From Deferribacterales bacterium (lineage in GTDB: Bacteria > Chrysiogenota > Deferribacteres > Deferribacterales > Geovibrionaceae), in contig JBFWJG010000018.1 of NCBI GenBank assembly GCA_050253335.1, forward strand, positions 1-40,080: DNA of 40,080 nucleotides, given 5' to 3'. A model generated the notes under the pieces. The model was not told where the DNA came from. It saw nothing but the letters and a program-made list of their open reading frames with translations, and did not search any database. This document shows positions 36,952 to 40,080 of this stretch, piece after piece (position 1 is the first letter of the stretch; each line of letters opens with the position of its first letter). Both the position numbers and the translations under genes were made by a program.

Positions 36952-37054
36952 ACGATTCACCTCAACTGCATAATATGTATTTACAGCTAAAAATCAAGAC
37001 AAGCTTCCACGGGAAACAGTTCCGCCTTCTATCCTTCAGCGCGCCGGACAGCTA

Positions 37055-37083
37055 TTTACACATTCCCTGCCGGATGGTATGAT
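37055..37083 (+). promoter_or_regulatory. Sigma70 promoter of radC
   Basis: TTTACA-17 bp-TATGAT with extended TG. Confidence 0.65.
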
Positions 37084-37091
37084 TCTTTCCC

Positions 37092-37757
37092 ATGGAAGAT
37101 CATAAAAAAGGACACAGACAAAGGCTGAAGGAAAAGTTCAGAAGCGGACCCTCCGCTCTGCATGATTACGAGATCATGGAGCTTGTCCTTTCCTATGTCA
37201 TCCCGCGCAGGGATGTGAAAATCCCCGCAAAGGATATAGCTGATAAAACGGAAAGCCTGCGTAAAGTTTTTAAAACGGATCTCACTGTCATTAACGGCAT
37301 AGGCGAGGAGGTTCAGCTTTTCTTCAATATCCTCCGCGAGTTTTATGTGCGCATGGAACACGGGAATCTGAAGTACGAACCTCTGGTTCTGGATTCCGGC
37401 TCTCTGGTTTTCAAGTTTCTGCGGATGCTCATAGGCATATCCGACAAGGAAAATTTCGTCAGCCTTTTTGTGGATAAAAACAAGCGGCTGATAAGCTACG
37501 AAGTTGTCTCCTCCGGCACTGTGGACAGAACCGCCGTTTACCCCAGAGAGATAGCGGAGCTGGCTCTGAGACGGAAAGCAACTTACGTCATAATCGCCCA
37601 CAACCACCCCTCCGGCTCGCTGATCCCCTCCGAGGAGGACATAAACATTACGGAGCGCATATCAAAGGCGCTTGAAACCCTTGATATAAAGCTTCTTGAT
37701 CATATCATAGTTACAGATACATCTTTTTTGAGCATGAAGGCGCAGAAGCTTATTTAA
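37092..37757 (+). CDS. radC: RadC/JAB domain protein
   Basis: 'GHRQRLK', JAB motif 'HNHPSG...PSEED', 'LLDHIIV'. Confidence 0.94.
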   Translation: MEDHKKGHRQRLKEKFRSGPSALHDYEIMELVLSYVIPRRDVKIPAKDIADKTESLRKVFKTDLTVINGIGEEVQLFFNILREFYVRMEHGNLKYEPLVLDSGSLVFKFLRMLIGISDKENFVSLFVDKNKRLISYEVVSSGTVDRTAVYPREIAELALRRKATYVIIAHNHPSGSLIPSEEDINITERISKALETLDIKLLDHIIVTDTSFLSMKAQKLI

Positions 37758-37768
37758 GGAGAAATTCC

Positions 37769-38647
37769 ATGAAAAAAGTTTTCGTAACAGGCGGAACCGG
37801 CTTTGTCGGTTCACACGTAATCAGCAGGCTCATTGAGAAGGGTGTTCACGTCAGAGCTCTGGTCAGAGACAAAACCCCGCACAAAGACGCAGAAGCCGTG
37901 CGCGGGGATATACTTCGTCCGGAAACCTTCACAGACGCGCTTAAAGATGCTGACGCTGTCATAAACCTTGTGGGGATAATCCGTGAGTTTCCCGAAAAAG
38001 GCATAACCTTTGAGAACATGCATTACTCCGCCGCTAAGAACATTACGGACGCGGCGAAAGAAGCCGGAGTGAAGCGCCTGATCCACATGTCCGCGAACGG
38101 AACAAGGAAAAACGCCGTATCCGGCTATCACAAAACAAAATATATGGCAGAGGAATACATAAAAAACAGCGGGCTGGACTTCACCATATTCCGCCCCTCC
38201 CTCATATACGGCAGAGGGGACTCATTCATCTCCATGCTGGCGGGATATATGAAGAAAGCTCCGGCTTTCACCTACTTCGGCGACGGCTCATACCCGATGC
38301 AGCCCGTGAGTGTTTATGAGGTGGCGGACGCTTTCACCGAGGCTCTCTTCAGGGACGCTGCTATCGGCAGAACATATCATCTCTGCGGAAACAGGGTTTA
38401 CACCTATAAGGAACTTCTGCGTGAGATATCAAAAGCCATGAACCGGGATATGATCCTCCTCCCCGTTCCGGAGGGGCTGATCAGCCTTGCCATTTCACTT
38501 TTCGGCGGCTTCTCCTTTTTCCCGATCACCCGCGACCAGTTCATAATGCTCAAGGAAGGAAACACATGCGCAGAAACCTTCGCCTTCTCCGAACTCGGGA
38601 TAGAACAGAGAGATTTTCCGTCGGAAATTAAAAAGTATATTTCATGA
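37769..38647 (+). CDS. NAD(P)-binding atypical SDR (NDUFA9-like)
   Basis: 'VTGGTGFVG', 'INLVGII', YxxxK 'YHKTK', 'FRPSLIYG'. Confidence 0.9.
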   Translation: MKKVFVTGGTGFVGSHVISRLIEKGVHVRALVRDKTPHKDAEAVRGDILRPETFTDALKDADAVINLVGIIREFPEKGITFENMHYSAAKNITDAAKEAGVKRLIHMSANGTRKNAVSGYHKTKYMAEEYIKNSGLDFTIFRPSLIYGRGDSFISMLAGYMKKAPAFTYFGDGSYPMQPVSVYEVADAFTEALFRDAAIGRTYHLCGNRVYTYKELLREISKAMNRDMILLPVPEGLISLAISLFGGFSFFPITRDQFIMLKEGNTCAETFAFSELGIEQRDFPSEIKKYIS

Positions 38648-38728
38648 ACATTTTTGAAGTTGAAAAATCGTATTATTTGAATATTATTGATCATTGACCC
38701 TCAGGGGCATAATCAGGGAGCAGAATTA

Positions 38729-39220
38729 ATGAAAATCAAAGTATTGCTTTTCGCGGCGATGATGCTTGTGCTTGCCGCATGCAGCAGACAGGAAACAGGG
38801 GAGGCCGGAAGCTCCGTTCAGGCGGATTCCATCGAAACACTATACTCCGGAGCAATGGCACAGATAAAAGAGGAGCACAAAGGGAAGGTTCTTCTGGTTA
38901 ACTTTTTCGCCTCATGGTGTCCGCCGTGCAGGGGCGAAACGCCTGACTTTGTAAAAGTCTATGGAGAGGAGAAGGAACGCTTCTCCATAGTGGCTCTTTC
39001 AACCGAAGCGGAAAAGAAAGACATCGCAAGATACATCAGCGAATTCGGCGTGAACTACCCTGTCTTCATGGCAGATCCCTCGCTCAGCATAGAGTTCGGC
39101 ATAAGCACAATCCCCACCAGCATAATATATGCTCCGGACGGCAGGCTTGTTGATATTATCGTCGGCTCCATACCGGAAAAAGACCTGAAAAATATAATCG
39201 AAAAGCTCGCAGTTAACTGA
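38729..39220 (+). CDS. TlpA/ResA-family thiol-disulfide oxidoreductase lipoprotein
   Basis: Lipobox 'LAAC', 'VNFFASWCPPCRGE', cis-Pro 'IPT'; start moved to ATG 38729. Confidence 0.92.
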   Translation: MKIKVLLFAAMMLVLAACSRQETGEAGSSVQADSIETLYSGAMAQIKEEHKGKVLLVNFFASWCPPCRGETPDFVKVYGEEKERFSIVALSTEAEKKDIARYISEFGVNYPVFMADPSLSIEFGISTIPTSIIYAPDGRLVDIIVGSIPEKDLKNIIEKLAVN

Positions 39221-39230
39221 CGGATGCATG

Positions 39231-39265
39231 GCGGACGGCTTTCTGAAAGGCTGTCCGCTTTTTTT
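39231..39265 (+). terminator. Intrinsic terminator
   Basis: GCGGACGGCTTT/AAGGCTGTCCGC stem followed by T7. Confidence 0.88.
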
Positions 39266-39387
39266 ATATAAAAAATTCATTTGACCGATTCAGGTCTCGG
39301 CCTGAAGATCATTTTCTATTGAAGTTTGCCTGTATGCGTGTATTTTTAAATTGTCAGCCACATGCATATTCCGGAGGTCAGCGCTTT

Positions 39388-39867
39388 ATGTTCGAAGCGG
39401 GAGTTAAATGCGTAATCAAGGAACCGATAACATCGCGCTATGTGATGATGCTCGAAACAATATGCGGTCAGTACCTCATCCCCATAACCATCGGAACCTT
39501 TGAAGCGGAAGCCATATATCAGGAACTGAACAGAATCCCCTGCCCCAGACCCATGACTCATCAGTTCATAGGCGGAATATTCGGCGTTCTCGACGGGGTT
39601 TACGTTGAAAATATCATCATAGACAATGTCGAAAAGGGCATCTTCACCGCTAAGCTCAACATCAACACGGAAGGAGCGTCAAAATCCATCGACTGCCGCC
39701 CGTCGGACGGCGTTGCACTGGCTCTTCACATGAGCATCCCTCTCTTTATTGAGGAGAAGGTGGTTTCAAAAAGCTGCTGCATAGAGCGGACAGGCCTCAC
39801 CATGGCGGAGGAAAGAGCACTTTTCGGAATAATAGATGATCAGGGAACAACATTCTGGAACGTTTAA
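39388..39867 (+). CDS. Bifunctional nuclease (DUF151) family protein
   Basis: 'IPITIGTFEAEAI', 'RPMTH', 'IDCRPSDGVALAL'; GGAGG RBS before ATG 39388. Confidence 0.9.
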   Translation: MFEAGVKCVIKEPITSRYVMMLETICGQYLIPITIGTFEAEAIYQELNRIPCPRPMTHQFIGGIFGVLDGVYVENIIIDNVEKGIFTAKLNINTEGASKSIDCRPSDGVALALHMSIPLFIEEKVVSKSCCIERTGLTMAEERALFGIIDDQGTTFWNV

Positions 39868-39937
39868 CAAATATCAGAAAGCAGTATATAAAGAACCCTC
39901 TCTCCTTCTCAGGAAACATCAGCAGATTCATTAATCT

Positions 39938-40080
39938 CTGAAAATCCCCCTCAGTCCCCCTTTATAAAAGGGGGAAGTTATTTTCCGCTGAAAACAAGAC
40001 ACCCTCATTTCGCAAAGGAGGGTGGGGGAGGATTTATGCATAACTGAAAATCCCCCTCAATCCCCTTTATAAAAGGGGGA
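39938..40080. repeat. Cluster of REP-like palindromic repeats (direct, inverted, direct)
   Basis: CTGAAAATCCCCCTCARTCCCC(C)TTTATAAAAGGGGGA at 39938-39975 and 40044-40080, with a degenerate inverted copy at 40002-40035. Confidence 0.85.

Noticed and set aside
39938..40080. CRISPR array
   Set aside because: Only two direct copies with a ~68-bp gap that contains an inverted copy; no cas genes.

Overview
Bacterial chromosomal window made up mostly of housekeeping genes. Gene content suggests an anaerobic respiring Gram-negative, possibly Deferribacterota, though this is an impression and not a database result. Contents in order: the end of a tRNA-Val/tRNA-Asp pair, an AbrB-type antitoxin/RelE-like toxin pair, ilvA, HAD, SIMPL, IroE-like and NERD genes, prfC, a GT2 glycosyltransferase, a PilZ protein, dapFAB, a group-1 [NiFe]-hydrogenase operon (small, large, protease; no cytochrome b), a radical SAM gene, glmU-glmS-argB-pcm then an rpoS-like sigma factor and an M24 peptidase, a type IV pilus tip cluster (small secreted protein, 1727-aa PilY1 with a PA14 insert, FimT, PilV, PilW, PilX), tatB-tatC-moaA-larA, radC, an SDR, a TlpA lipoprotein, a DUF151 nuclease and REP-like repeats. 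The most notable unexplained element is a free-standing ~130-nt transcript at ~9769-9898. It has its own promoter and terminator, two mutually exclusive folds and a 14-codon hydrophobic ORF with a sequestered RBS. Also notable: a Cys-to-Asp proximal-cluster ligand, a palindromic operator pair and a structured leader at the hydrogenase, and two apparently leaderless genes. No CRISPR array, integrase or transposase was seen.
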